Below are positions 26,306 through 35,500 of a stretch of 54,981 nucleotides of DNA, in pieces. A program made the translations under genes and the position numbers. Location: assembly GCA_903835075.1 (NCBI GenBank), contig CAILLM010000006.1, positions 1-54,981 on the forward strand, in the 5' to 3' direction. The number at the start of each line of letters is the position of its first letter. Position 1 is the stretch's first letter. The notes under the pieces were generated by a model. It was not told the DNA's origin and searched no databases. It worked only from the letters and a program-made list of their open reading frames with translations. The DNA is from Candidatus Staskawiczbacteria bacterium (GTDB lineage Bacteria > Patescibacteriota > Minisyncoccia > Minisyncoccales > Staskawiczbacteraceae).

Positions 26306-26959
26306 TTAATAACTAGGTCTAACAATTTCTGTCATAGAGGTTATAGGTAAAATCCTCAAAGCAGCCTTCCCAATTATATATTTTACAGGTACTGCTCCCC
26401 AAAATCTTGAATCATATGAATTTAATCTATTATCCCCCAAAACAAAATATTCATTTGGTTTTACAATAATTTGTTTATCTAATAGTGAGGGAACATAATT
26501 GTTTGATAAATTATACCCATATGTTTTTACATCACTTGGTATATATTTTTCATCAAGCACAACTTTCTTGCCATTTTCTGTTATTTCTACTTTACCCCCC
26601 ACAATATCAATTGTATCTCCAGGCACTCCAATAACTCTTTTAATAAATCTTTCTCCTTTATACCCAGGTATAAAACTAGCATCAAACACCACCACATCCC
26701 CTCTTTGCGGGGTAGAAAGTCTGTAAGAAATTTCATCAACAATTAAATAATTTCCATTTTGAAAATTAGGCATCATTGAACTCCCACTCACAATAAATGG
26801 TTGAAATAGAAAATAACGTATTGGAAGAACAATAATAAAAGCTATAACAGCTATTTTAAGAAGCTCAAATGCAGTTGACCAAAATTTCCCAGCAGGCTTT
26901 TTGCCTGTCTGAGGACTTTCTAGCTTTATTTCCTCACTTCCCATATTGTTTTCTTCCAT
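26306..26959 (-). CDS. lepB: Signal peptidase I
   Basis: SGSSMMP, FIKRVIG and GDNRLNSYDSR. Confidence 0.95.
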   Translation of the reverse strand: MEENNMGSEEIKLESPQTGKKPAGKFWSTAFELLKIAVIAFIIVLPIRYFLFQPFIVSGSSMMPNFQNGNYLIVDEISYRLSTPQRGDVVVFDASFIPGYKGERFIKRVIGVPGDTIDIVGGKVEITENGKKVVLDEKYIPSDVKTYGYNLSNNYVPSLLDKQIIVKPNEYFVLGDNRLNSYDSRFWGAVPVKYIIGKAALRILPITSMTEIVRPSY

Positions 26960-27063
26960 CTAATATAGCTTAAATTGACTGATTAATACGCTTATAGTAT
27001 CATATTTTCCAGGTAATTGCAAGTACCACAAAAAGTGCTATAATTATCCAAATAATACAAAAC

Positions 27064-27609
27064 ATGACAATAATAATTGGCTTGGGCAACCCAGGCGAAC
27101 AATACAAAAACACTCGCCATAACGTTGGTTTTATGGCAATTGACCAATTTGCCAATGAAAACAACTTCCCCACTTTTATTTTGCAAAAAAAGGCGAAAGC
27201 ACTTGTTTCTGAGCAAAATGATGTTATTTTAATAAAACCCCAGACATTTATGAATGATTCTGGCAAATCTGTACGAGAAATAACAAAAAACAAGCCCGCC
27301 GACAGTTTGGTTGTAATTCATGACGATATTGATTTACCCTTAGGAAAAATAAAAATAGTCAAAGAAAGGGGTTCGGCCGGCCACAGAGGAGTGGAATCCA
27401 TTATTCAAAGCATTGGCAACGATGGCTTGATTAGGGTTAGAATTGGGATTGCTTCTGACCAAAAAATTGAAGCCATGAAAGTAGTTTTAAAAAACTTTTC
27501 ACCAGACGAGCAACCAATTATTGACCAAGTAATTAAAAAAACCGCCGTGGCACTTAATTCTTTGATAAATGAAGGGTTAGACAAAACCATGAATGAATAT
27601 AATAAATAA
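27064..27609 (+). CDS. pth: Peptidyl-tRNA hydrolase
   Basis: GLGNPG, TRHNVGF, KPQTFMN and HDDIDL. Confidence 0.96.
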   Translation: MTIIIGLGNPGEQYKNTRHNVGFMAIDQFANENNFPTFILQKKAKALVSEQNDVILIKPQTFMNDSGKSVREITKNKPADSLVVIHDDIDLPLGKIKIVKERGSAGHRGVESIIQSIGNDGLIRVRIGIASDQKIEAMKVVLKNFSPDEQPIIDQVIKKTAVALNSLINEGLDKTMNEYNK

Positions 27610-27617
27610 AATTTAAC

Positions 27618-27652
27618 AAAAAAATCCATTCTGTTTAATGAGTGGATTTTTT
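27618..27652. terminator. Bidirectional terminator between convergent genes
   Basis: AAAAAAATCCATTC...GAGTGGATTTTTT. Confidence 0.75.
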
Positions 27653-27659
27653 ATTTATT

Positions 27660-30463
27660 CTATTTCTGTAACTGACCAATCTGTAAAGTTAAAAGTCGTA
27701 TTACTTCTGTTAACAAAGAAATAATTTGTTGTTTAAGTTGGGCAATAAGTTGTGTTTTTTGTTGCGAAGGATCTATATTTGGATTATCGGTTTGTGGAAT
27801 TTCTACTACATCTATGGGCGTTAGAGTAAAGTTTGCTAAAATTGTATGAGGTTGGGTGACGTTAGTAAATGTATATGTTGATTTAGCTCCAATTGAAACA
27901 TTATCAATTAATACATCTGATATTTGGTAACCTGTATTTGGCGTTATGCTAAATGTATAGTTACCTCCTTGCGCAATACTTTGACTACCGGGGCTTATTG
28001 AGCCATTTGGAGTTACATAAACTGAAATAGAATAAGACATGGATCCTCCACTGGCCGCCCTTGTTGCCGTAATTGTATATGTATTTGTAGTCGAGCCATC
28101 TTGAGCTGTAACTACTGTAGTGAGTGTGTTGCTTCCAATATTTAATGTAATTGATCCAGGAGCGTTCCCAGAAGTTACTGGGGTTCCATTTACTGTAATT
28201 GTAGCATTGGCTTGGTTGGCTGTTGGGGTAACAGTTAAGTTAGTAACTCCGTTGGCAACGCTGGCAGTATATGAAGTTGTTCCCGAAGAAAATGTTGGAC
28301 TAAGGGAGCCTTGAGAAATTTCGAGGTTGGAGAGCGTGGCGTCGGTACTAGAAACAACATATGTCATTGAACTTGAATCTGTCCAACCTTGTCCATTTGT
28401 AAAAGTCAAAGTTTTTGTTCCTGCTGTGGCTGGTATGTATGTGAATGTAAAACTGGTTGCACCGTTTGCTGGAGTGACAGTTACCGTGCTAACTCCGGGG
28501 CTACCAACGCTTGGCGTAAATGTTCCACCGTTACTTCCATCGCTTAATGTTACAGTTTCGTCGCCGGTGAAAGTTGAGCCAGAAGCAATTGTTACGGTAA
28601 AATTAGTAGAGGCTTGCCCCTGACTGCCCGTGGTAGAGCCGGCTATAGTGTAACCAGTGGTCGAGGCGTAAGGAATTTCTCGATTAGCAATTTTAGCATA
28701 ACCCTGTGCGGTAGGATGTGGTTCTGCCTGATCATCGGTTGTGTTAATCCAATTATCAGTAGAAATATATTGAATAGCTGTGTCAGTGGGATTACTTGCC
28801 TTGTATGCAGCAACCGCTGTTTGCATAGCAGTATTATAATTTACACGATTAACGTTACTACGAGGGAAAATACCTTCAAGATATATCGGCTTTCCAGCTC
28901 CAATTTGTGTACGGATATTACCAATCATTGTATAATAGTCTCCCGTAAAAGTGCCAGCCTGACCAACTGATCCAATAGTAGTTACTCCGAGGTCATTGGT
29001 TCCATATCGCACCCATACACGAGATGATGTAGCAGGTATATTACTTGCATGATCTCTGCCATAGATACTCATTGTCGTCCCACCCACTGCAACCCTTCGT
29101 GCGACACTACCGATATTATTAGTAACGATATATGAATCTCCTTGCCGGTCATCAGTTATTATCCAATCCGCGCTAATTGAATCACCATAAAAAGTTTCTA
29201 TATTTGGCGATACCTTAGCTACCGCAGATAAGCTTCCTGTATCTATTTCAAAATACGATACATTGGTACTACCAAAGATTGGCATAACCCAATACTGATG
29301 TGAATGTGTTGTATCAAGGCCACTGGCCAATACTGTACGGGTTAGATTTGTTGCAGTACTAATTGTCGCTGTAGTGGCTATTTGTACCCCATCTTGATAA
29401 ACAGCATAAGTTATAGCAGAATAATCCCAAATGGCAACAAAAGATGTGTTTGATGTAAATCTAAACGATTGCCCTCCTTGAAAAGAATAATAAACGCCCG
29501 AACGTGGTATTGTATAAAGAGAAACATAAGACGGATCAGTACTCAAATAATATTGTGTTCCCCATGAGCCAGAAGGAATTGAAAGTGATGGACTAGCTCC
29601 CGCAACAAGGATGCCCGTAGAGCCATCGATACCAATGGAGTTGCTGGCCTTGTATTTATCGTAAACAGTTATATTGTGCAGGGTATCTGTTGACGAAGAC
29701 AATATCGGTTGGATAAAGAAATTTGTATAATTGGCTGGCAATGGAGATAACGCTGCCGTCCAAGTTGTAGTATTGCCATCGACTACAGTAGAACCTAAAT
29801 CAGTTTTAGATGTATAATCAACCATCGCGAACGCCACGTCTGTACCAGTAGCAGAAAAATCGATCCTTCCATTGTAAAAACCATTTGTCCAAAATAAAGT
29901 TCTATTTGCAAAAACACCATTGGGAGCTGAAGTCGAACACGATTCAGAGCACTGAATTGCACTATTAGAAGCTGGAAAAAATGTAACCGTACGACTACTA
30001 TTGTTTGTAACAGAAACACCTGTTTGTCCTGTTGGAGTGTTGCTTGCCCCATCGGTTAGATTACTTCCGCTACTAGTTGCCAAATCAACAGTAACAACCC
30101 TGCCAGATGCAATTGGAAAGTTGAGAACCAACGTCACTGTCGACCCTGTGGCAGTAGCGGTGACCGGATAAACGTTATATTTTGAATTTGGGTCTATGCT
30201 TTTTACAGTAAATCCAGTAATCCCGCTTGACGGAGACAATGAACCGCTTACGCCTCCGATATTCGCAGTAAGCGTTTTTCCATCACTTGCTAAGGTTGCC
30301 GAAGAAACAATTAAACTCGCGGAAGCCCTAGCTGAATTAGTAAATCCCAAAAATAAAAAACCAACGCAAAATAAAAGTGCGATGGTTTTGGTTAAAAATT
30401 TCGGGGAATTATTTGCTCTCTCTCTCTCTCTCTCTCGGGTTTCGTTTTGATGACTTGAAACAT
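27660..30463 (-). CDS. Large secreted/surface protein (SGNH/GDSL hydrolase plus cadherin-like beta-sandwich and Ig-like domains); 5' end frameshifted at a (GA)n tract
   Basis: FYGDSIS, GTND and DQAEPHPT SGNH motifs; DATLSNLEISQGSLSPTFSSG cadherin-like repeat; Ser/Thr-rich; C-terminal coiled coil. The signal peptide is in frame upstream of 30350, but ATG 30463 is out of frame by 2 nt. Confidence 0.8.
30416..30436. repeat. (CT)10C / (GA)10G microsatellite
   Basis: 21-nt dinucleotide tract between the start codon and the signal peptide. Confidence 0.95.
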
Positions 30464-30474
30464 ATCATTTTTTA

Positions 30475-31302
30475 TTAAATTAATTTTTTAATTTTATTTA
30501 GGCCCTTAAAGCTATTTTTAGAAACAATAGGCCGGCCTAATCTTTTTTCTAATTTCTTTCTAGCTCCGCCGGCGATACTTCCACCAGCAATAGCATCTCT
30601 TTTCAATTTTACAACTCCTTGCGAGTTTTCAGTTCTATGAATTTCGGTTGTTGACCTTTCGCCCAACATAACAAAAATCAATTCTAGGTCGTCCATGTGG
30701 TCCCGCAAATTTTCACGATTTAAATTTTTATGTTTTTTATATTCGCTGGGAGTAATGCCAAAAGTTGCTTTTGAAATTTCGGCTGTCAATATCTCGTAAT
30801 CTTTTTGCTCTTTTACTCCCCTATTTTTCCATTCATCAGTTAATTCTTCACGGATAAAAATTCCACGCATTCGTTTCTCAATCCAATCGTCCGGATATCC
30901 TTTCAATTTATAAAGTAATCTGGTTCTTTTGGTTGCCAATTCGGGATTTTCTATTTCTTGTACTCGCTCATAACCAACTTTTGCTAACCAACGTTTAAAC
31001 GGCTCAGCTTTTGCCGAAGGAATTGACTGAATAATTCTGAAAGTACCTTCTGTGTTAGCACAATCAGTTTCATATTTTTTCCCATCAGAAGATTCTAATT
31101 TCAGTTGTCGACAAATTGTCGATAACTCAATTTTTTCTTCATCTTTCACTCTAATTTTCATTCTATACCAATAATCATTAGCATCAATGCTATCTGTTAA
31201 AGCACCGCATACATCTACAACTGAAAACCACCACTCATTTTGGAAAAGTATCTTTCTTATCTTTTTGCCTTTAAAAATTGCTATTTTTGCTTCTTTTTCC
31301 AT
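30475..31302 (-). CDS. Bro-N domain (phage antirepressor-like) DNA-binding protein
   Basis: WWFSVVDV, RIIQSIPSAKAEPFKRWLA and NLRDHMDDLELIF. Confidence 0.88.
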   Translation of the reverse strand: MEKEAKIAIFKGKKIRKILFQNEWWFSVVDVCGALTDSIDANDYWYRMKIRVKDEEKIELSTICRQLKLESSDGKKYETDCANTEGTFRIIQSIPSAKAEPFKRWLAKVGYERVQEIENPELATKRTRLLYKLKGYPDDWIEKRMRGIFIREELTDEWKNRGVKEQKDYEILTAEISKATFGITPSEYKKHKNLNRENLRDHMDDLELIFVMLGERSTTEIHRTENSQGVVKLKRDAIAGGSIAGGARKKLEKRLGRPIVSKNSFKGLNKIKKLI

Positions 31303-31383
31303 TTAATTATTATATAAAAAATAAGATTAAACTGCAACTTAAATTTGACCATTTATTGCACTTGTCATATTATTAGCCAATAA

Positions 31384-33390
31384 ATGGATGATAAAAATTT
31401 AAACCAAATTTTAATTGTTGGAATTACCCCCTACTTTTTGGAAAAGGAGGCTTTTTGGTTTAATGAAAACCTTCAACAAATTTTAGAAGCCCGAAGTACT
31501 CAAAACTTTTTTGAAGACAATATAATTTTTTTACAAAACAACCAAAGCTACCAATTTTCACAATTTATTAGAAAACTTGATGAAATGGGCTATGAAAAAG
31601 TTTTTAAAGTTTCAGACCCTGGAGAATTTGCCCAACATGGTGGGATTATAGATGTCTTCCCTATCAACATGCTCCAAGCCGTACGAATTGATTTTCTCGG
31701 GAATGAGGTGGATAGTATGCAGTTGTTAGATGAAAAAAAGTTTTACCCGCCTAAATTTTCCGAAGAAAAATTTGTGCGGGCGAGAGAAATATTGCTAAAA
31801 CGGTTAAAGTCGCAAAAAATATATTCTGAATTAAAAGGTTTAAAGCCAGGCGATTATTTGGTTCACCTAGACCATGGAATTGGGCAATTTATAGGAATAG
31901 AAAAATTTTCCCGCCTTAGCGGGACCCCGCTCGAGGCGGGGGAAACTGACGAATATTATGTTTTACAATATGACAAAGAAGATAAGCTTTTCGTTCCGTT
32001 AGGATTGGAAAGAAAATTATCAAAATATGTTGGGTTCCAAGATCCAAAAGTTTCACGACTGGGATCAGCCTTGTGGCAAAAAACAAAACGAGCCATAAAA
32101 GAAAACGTTGAAAAGCTTGCTAAAGAACTCTTGCAATTATATTCACAAAAAGAAATTACCGAACGCGCCCCTTATGCACAAGATCCTGACATGGAGTCTC
32201 AATTTAGGGCTAGCTTTCCATTCCAAGAAACACCTGACCAACTGCAAACCATAGAAGATATCAAAAATGACTTACAAAAAACAAAACCAATGGACCGCAT
32301 TGTTTGTGGTGATGTTGGTTTTGGAAAAACAGAAGTGGCAATGCGAACTGCCCTAATGGCTGTAGCCGACAACAAACAAACAGCCTTAATCTGCCCCACC
32401 GCCATTTTAGCAAACCAACATTTTAATTCTTTTAAAGAAAGGTTTAAAAACTTGCCAGTTAGAATTTCTGTAATTTCTAGTTTGCAAACAAAAACAGAAC
32501 AACAAAAGATTATCAAAGATTTAAAAGATGGCAGAATAGACATTTTAATTGGCACACATAGACTTTTGTCACGTGATATAGAGTTTAAAAATTTACAACT
32601 TTTAATAATAGATGACGAACAAAAATTTGGCGTAAAGCAAAAAGAAAAATTACGTCATTTAAAAAGCAATTTAGACATTTTAAGTTTGTCGGCCACGCCA
32701 ATTCCCCGCACAATTTATTTTGCGCTTTCTTCGCTTAAAAGCATCAGTTTGATGCAAACTCCGCCAATGGGTAGGCAGGCTATAAAAACAGAAATAATGC
32801 AGTACAAAGACGAAACTATTAAACGCATAATAAATTCTGAGCTTGAAAGAAAGGGCCAAGTTTATTATTTGCATAATCGCGTTCAAACTATTGAAACTAA
32901 AGCCCACCAATTGAAAAAGCTAATTCCTGGCGCAAAAGTTGGAATTGTTCACGGTAAAATGCCAGAAAAACATTTAATAAAAATAATGGATGAGTTCCAA
33001 AAAGAAAAAATAAACGTATTAATTGCTACAACCATAATTGAAAACGGAATAGACTTTCCAAACGTAAACACCATTATAATAGAAGACGCCACCAAGCTTG
33101 GGCTTTCACAAGCTCACCAAATAAGGGGACGTGTTGGCAGGTCTGGCACAAAAAGTTTTGCATATTTTATGTACGAAAAAAAGAATTTGACACCGCTAGC
33201 ACAAGAAAGATTAAAAGTATTAGAAGATGCACAGGAATTAGGAGCAGGATATAGAATTGCTATGCGCGACCTAGAGTTGCGAGGTGCAGGAAACATTTTA
33301 GGACGCGAACAGTCGGGCGCTATAAATAGAATCGGTTTAAATTTATATTCTCAGATGATGTCTGAAAGTATAGAAAAGTTCCGCCAATAA
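31384..33390 (+). CDS. mfd: Transcription-repair coupling factor, short form
   Basis: UvrB-interaction segment (GGIIDVFP), CarD-like YLVHLDHGIG, GDVGFGKT, DDEQKFG, SATPIPR and RDLELRGAG. Confidence 0.9.
   Translation: MDDKNLNQILIVGITPYFLEKEAFWFNENLQQILEARSTQNFFEDNIIFLQNNQSYQFSQFIRKLDEMGYEKVFKVSDPGEFAQHGGIIDVFPINMLQAVRIDFLGNEVDSMQLLDEKKFYPPKFSEEKFVRAREILLKRLKSQKIYSELKGLKPGDYLVHLDHGIGQFIGIEKFSRLSGTPLEAGETDEYYVLQYDKEDKLFVPLGLERKLSKYVGFQDPKVSRLGSALWQKTKRAIKENVEKLAKELLQLYSQKEITERAPYAQDPDMESQFRASFPFQETPDQLQTIEDIKNDLQKTKPMDRIVCGDVGFGKTEVAMRTALMAVADNKQTALICPTAILANQHFNSFKERFKNLPVRISVISSLQTKTEQQKIIKDLKDGRIDILIGTHRLLSRDIEFKNLQLLIIDDEQKFGVKQKEKLRHLKSNLDILSLSATPIPRTIYFALSSLKSISLMQTPPMGRQAIKTEIMQYKDETIKRIINSELERKGQVYYLHNRVQTIETKAHQLKKLIPGAKVGIVHGKMPEKHLIKIMDEFQKEKINVLIATTIIENGIDFPNVNTIIIEDATKLGLSQAHQIRGRVGRSGTKSFAYFMYEKKNLTPLAQERLKVLEDAQELGAGYRIAMRDLELRGAGNILGREQSGAINRIGLNLYSQMMSESIEKFRQ
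31746..31780. repeat. GC-clamped hairpin, in frame in mfd
   Basis: CCCGC-CTAAATTTTCCGAAGAAAAATTTGT-GCGGG; encodes PPKFSEEKFVR. Confidence 0.65.
31906..31945. repeat. Family C double hairpin, in frame in mfd
   Basis: TTTTCCCGC-CTTA-GCGGGA-CCCCGC-TCGAG-GCGGGGGAAA; encodes FSRLSGTPLEAGE. Confidence 0.82.
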
Positions 33391-33457
33391 AGCTGTTTTA
33401 AATTTTTGTGTTATTATAAGTTATATTCTTACATTAAAAATAATTTAAAAAAAGTAA

Positions 33458-35488
33458 ATGAAAAGTTTAGTAATTGTAGAGAGTCCCACCAAAGCAAAAA
33501 CAATCCAAAAATTTTTAGGAAGTGACTTTGTAATTAAGTCGTCTTTTGGTCATGTGCGAGATTTACCAAAAAAAGAATTGGGAGTGGATGTTGAAAATGG
33601 GTTTAAGCCAAAATATGTTATTCCAACAAAAGCTAAAAAGGTTGTAGCTGAACTCAAAAAAGAGTCAGCAAAGGCCGACCAAACCATACTTGCCACCGAC
33701 GAAGACCGCGAGGGCGAATCAATTGCTTGGCACTTACAAGAAGCTTTAAAATTAAAAAATCCTCAGAGAATTGTTTTTCATGAAATTACCAAAACCGCAA
33801 TTGAAAAAGCTTTGCAGTCGCCACGCCACATAGACACGAACTTAGCCGAAGCCCAACAAGCCAGAAGAATTTTAGATAGAATTGTAGGTTACAAAATTTC
33901 CCCATTTCTTTGGAAAAAAATTGCCAAGGGTCTTTCTGCGGGACGCGTACAATCAGTAGCAGTAAGGCTAATTGTTGAACGCGAAAGAGAAATAGAAAAA
34001 TTTATTGCCCAAGAATACTGGGGGCTTGAAGCTTTGTTAAAAAAATCTGAAGAAGAGTTTAATGCTTCACTTATAAAAGTTGATGACAAAGTTTTAGACA
34101 AGCTAGAAATAAAAAACAAAGAAGAAGCAGACAAAATTTTAACAGACTTAAATAATTCAGATTATATTGTAAGCTCAGTAGAAAAAAAAGAAACAAGAAA
34201 AAAGTCTTCTCCCCCATTCACTACTAGTACCTTGCAACAAGCAGCTTGGCAGAAATTTAAATTTTCAGCAAAAATGACAATGTCTTTAGCTCAAAGGTTA
34301 TATGAAGAAGGAAACATAACTTACCACCGCACAGACTCCTTAAACCTTTCTGAAGACTCATTAAATTCAGCAAAAGACTTTATCAACCAAGAATATGGTC
34401 AAAACTATTGGGCTGGTCAACCCGTAAGGTATAAAACAAAGAGCAGTGGAGCCCAAGAAGCCCACGAAGCCATAAGGCCAGCCGACGCCAGTAAAACACC
34501 CCAATCCCTTGCAGGCCTCGATGCCAGACAATTGAAGCTTTACACCTTAATTTGGCAAAGGTTTATTGCCAGTCAAATGGCACCAGCTGTTTTTGACTCT
34601 GTTTCAGCTGACATTAAAGCCCGCAATTATACATTTCGAGCTAACGGTCAAACATTAAAATTTGATGGATACTTAAAAGTTTATCCAACAAAGTTTGAAG
34701 AAACTACTCTCCCCGACCTAGAAGAAAAAGACAACTTAAATCTTGTAGAACTAAAATCTCTTCAACACTTTACCGAGCCCCCAGCCCGCTACACTGAAGC
34801 CAGCCTAGTAAAAACTTTAGAAAAATATGGCATTGGCAGGCCATCAACTTACGCCCCAATTATTTCAACTATACAAGCCAGAAATTATGTAACAGAAAAT
34901 GAACAAAAAAGGTTTGTACCAAGTGAAATGGGAATACTAGTAAATGATGTATTAGTTGAAAATTTTCCAGAGATAGTTGATGTAGATTTCACAGCTAAAA
35001 TGGAAAAAGATTTAGACAGTGTTGCAGAAGGCAAAGATGAATGGTCTAAAACATGCAAAGATTTTTATACTCCTTTTGCCAAAAATTTAGCTGAAAAATA
35101 TAAAGACGTAGAAAAAAAAGATTTAGTAAAAGAAACAGACAAAATTTGCCCAAAATGCGGTGCTCCACTAATTGAACGACTTGGAAGATTTGGCAGATTT
35201 TATGCCTGTTCAAAATTTCCCGAATGCAAACATACAGAATCAGTAGAGGGCGATAAAAATAATTTAAATATAGTTTGTCCTAAGTGTAAAGAAGGAAAAT
35301 TAGTAGCACGAAAAACAAAAAAAGGTAAAATTTTTTACGGTTGCAACAGTTTTCCAAAATGTGATTTTGCTTTATGGGACAAACCAATAGATGAGCTCTG
35401 TCCAAAATGTGACTCAATCCTAATAGAAAAAAACAAAAAACTAATTAAGTGCTCCAACAAGGAGTGTGACTATCAAAAAGACAGGTAG
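33458..35488 (+). CDS. topA: DNA topoisomerase I
   Basis: IVESPTK, ATDEDREGE, SAGRVQ, ITYHRTD and C-terminal zinc fingers. Confidence 0.97.
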   Translation: MKSLVIVESPTKAKTIQKFLGSDFVIKSSFGHVRDLPKKELGVDVENGFKPKYVIPTKAKKVVAELKKESAKADQTILATDEDREGESIAWHLQEALKLKNPQRIVFHEITKTAIEKALQSPRHIDTNLAEAQQARRILDRIVGYKISPFLWKKIAKGLSAGRVQSVAVRLIVEREREIEKFIAQEYWGLEALLKKSEEEFNASLIKVDDKVLDKLEIKNKEEADKILTDLNNSDYIVSSVEKKETRKKSSPPFTTSTLQQAAWQKFKFSAKMTMSLAQRLYEEGNITYHRTDSLNLSEDSLNSAKDFINQEYGQNYWAGQPVRYKTKSSGAQEAHEAIRPADASKTPQSLAGLDARQLKLYTLIWQRFIASQMAPAVFDSVSADIKARNYTFRANGQTLKFDGYLKVYPTKFEETTLPDLEEKDNLNLVELKSLQHFTEPPARYTEASLVKTLEKYGIGRPSTYAPIISTIQARNYVTENEQKRFVPSEMGILVNDVLVENFPEIVDVDFTAKMEKDLDSVAEGKDEWSKTCKDFYTPFAKNLAEKYKDVEKKDLVKETDKICPKCGAPLIERLGRFGRFYACSKFPECKHTESVEGDKNNLNIVCPKCKEGKLVARKTKKGKIFYGCNSFPKCDFALWDKPIDELCPKCDSILIEKNKKLIKCSNKECDYQKDR

Positions 35489-35500
35489 TCATGCAAAAAA

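Noticed and set aside
30475..31302. Prophage suggested by the Bro-N and Xis-like genes
   Set aside because: No structural, terminase or integrase genes; both are isolated.
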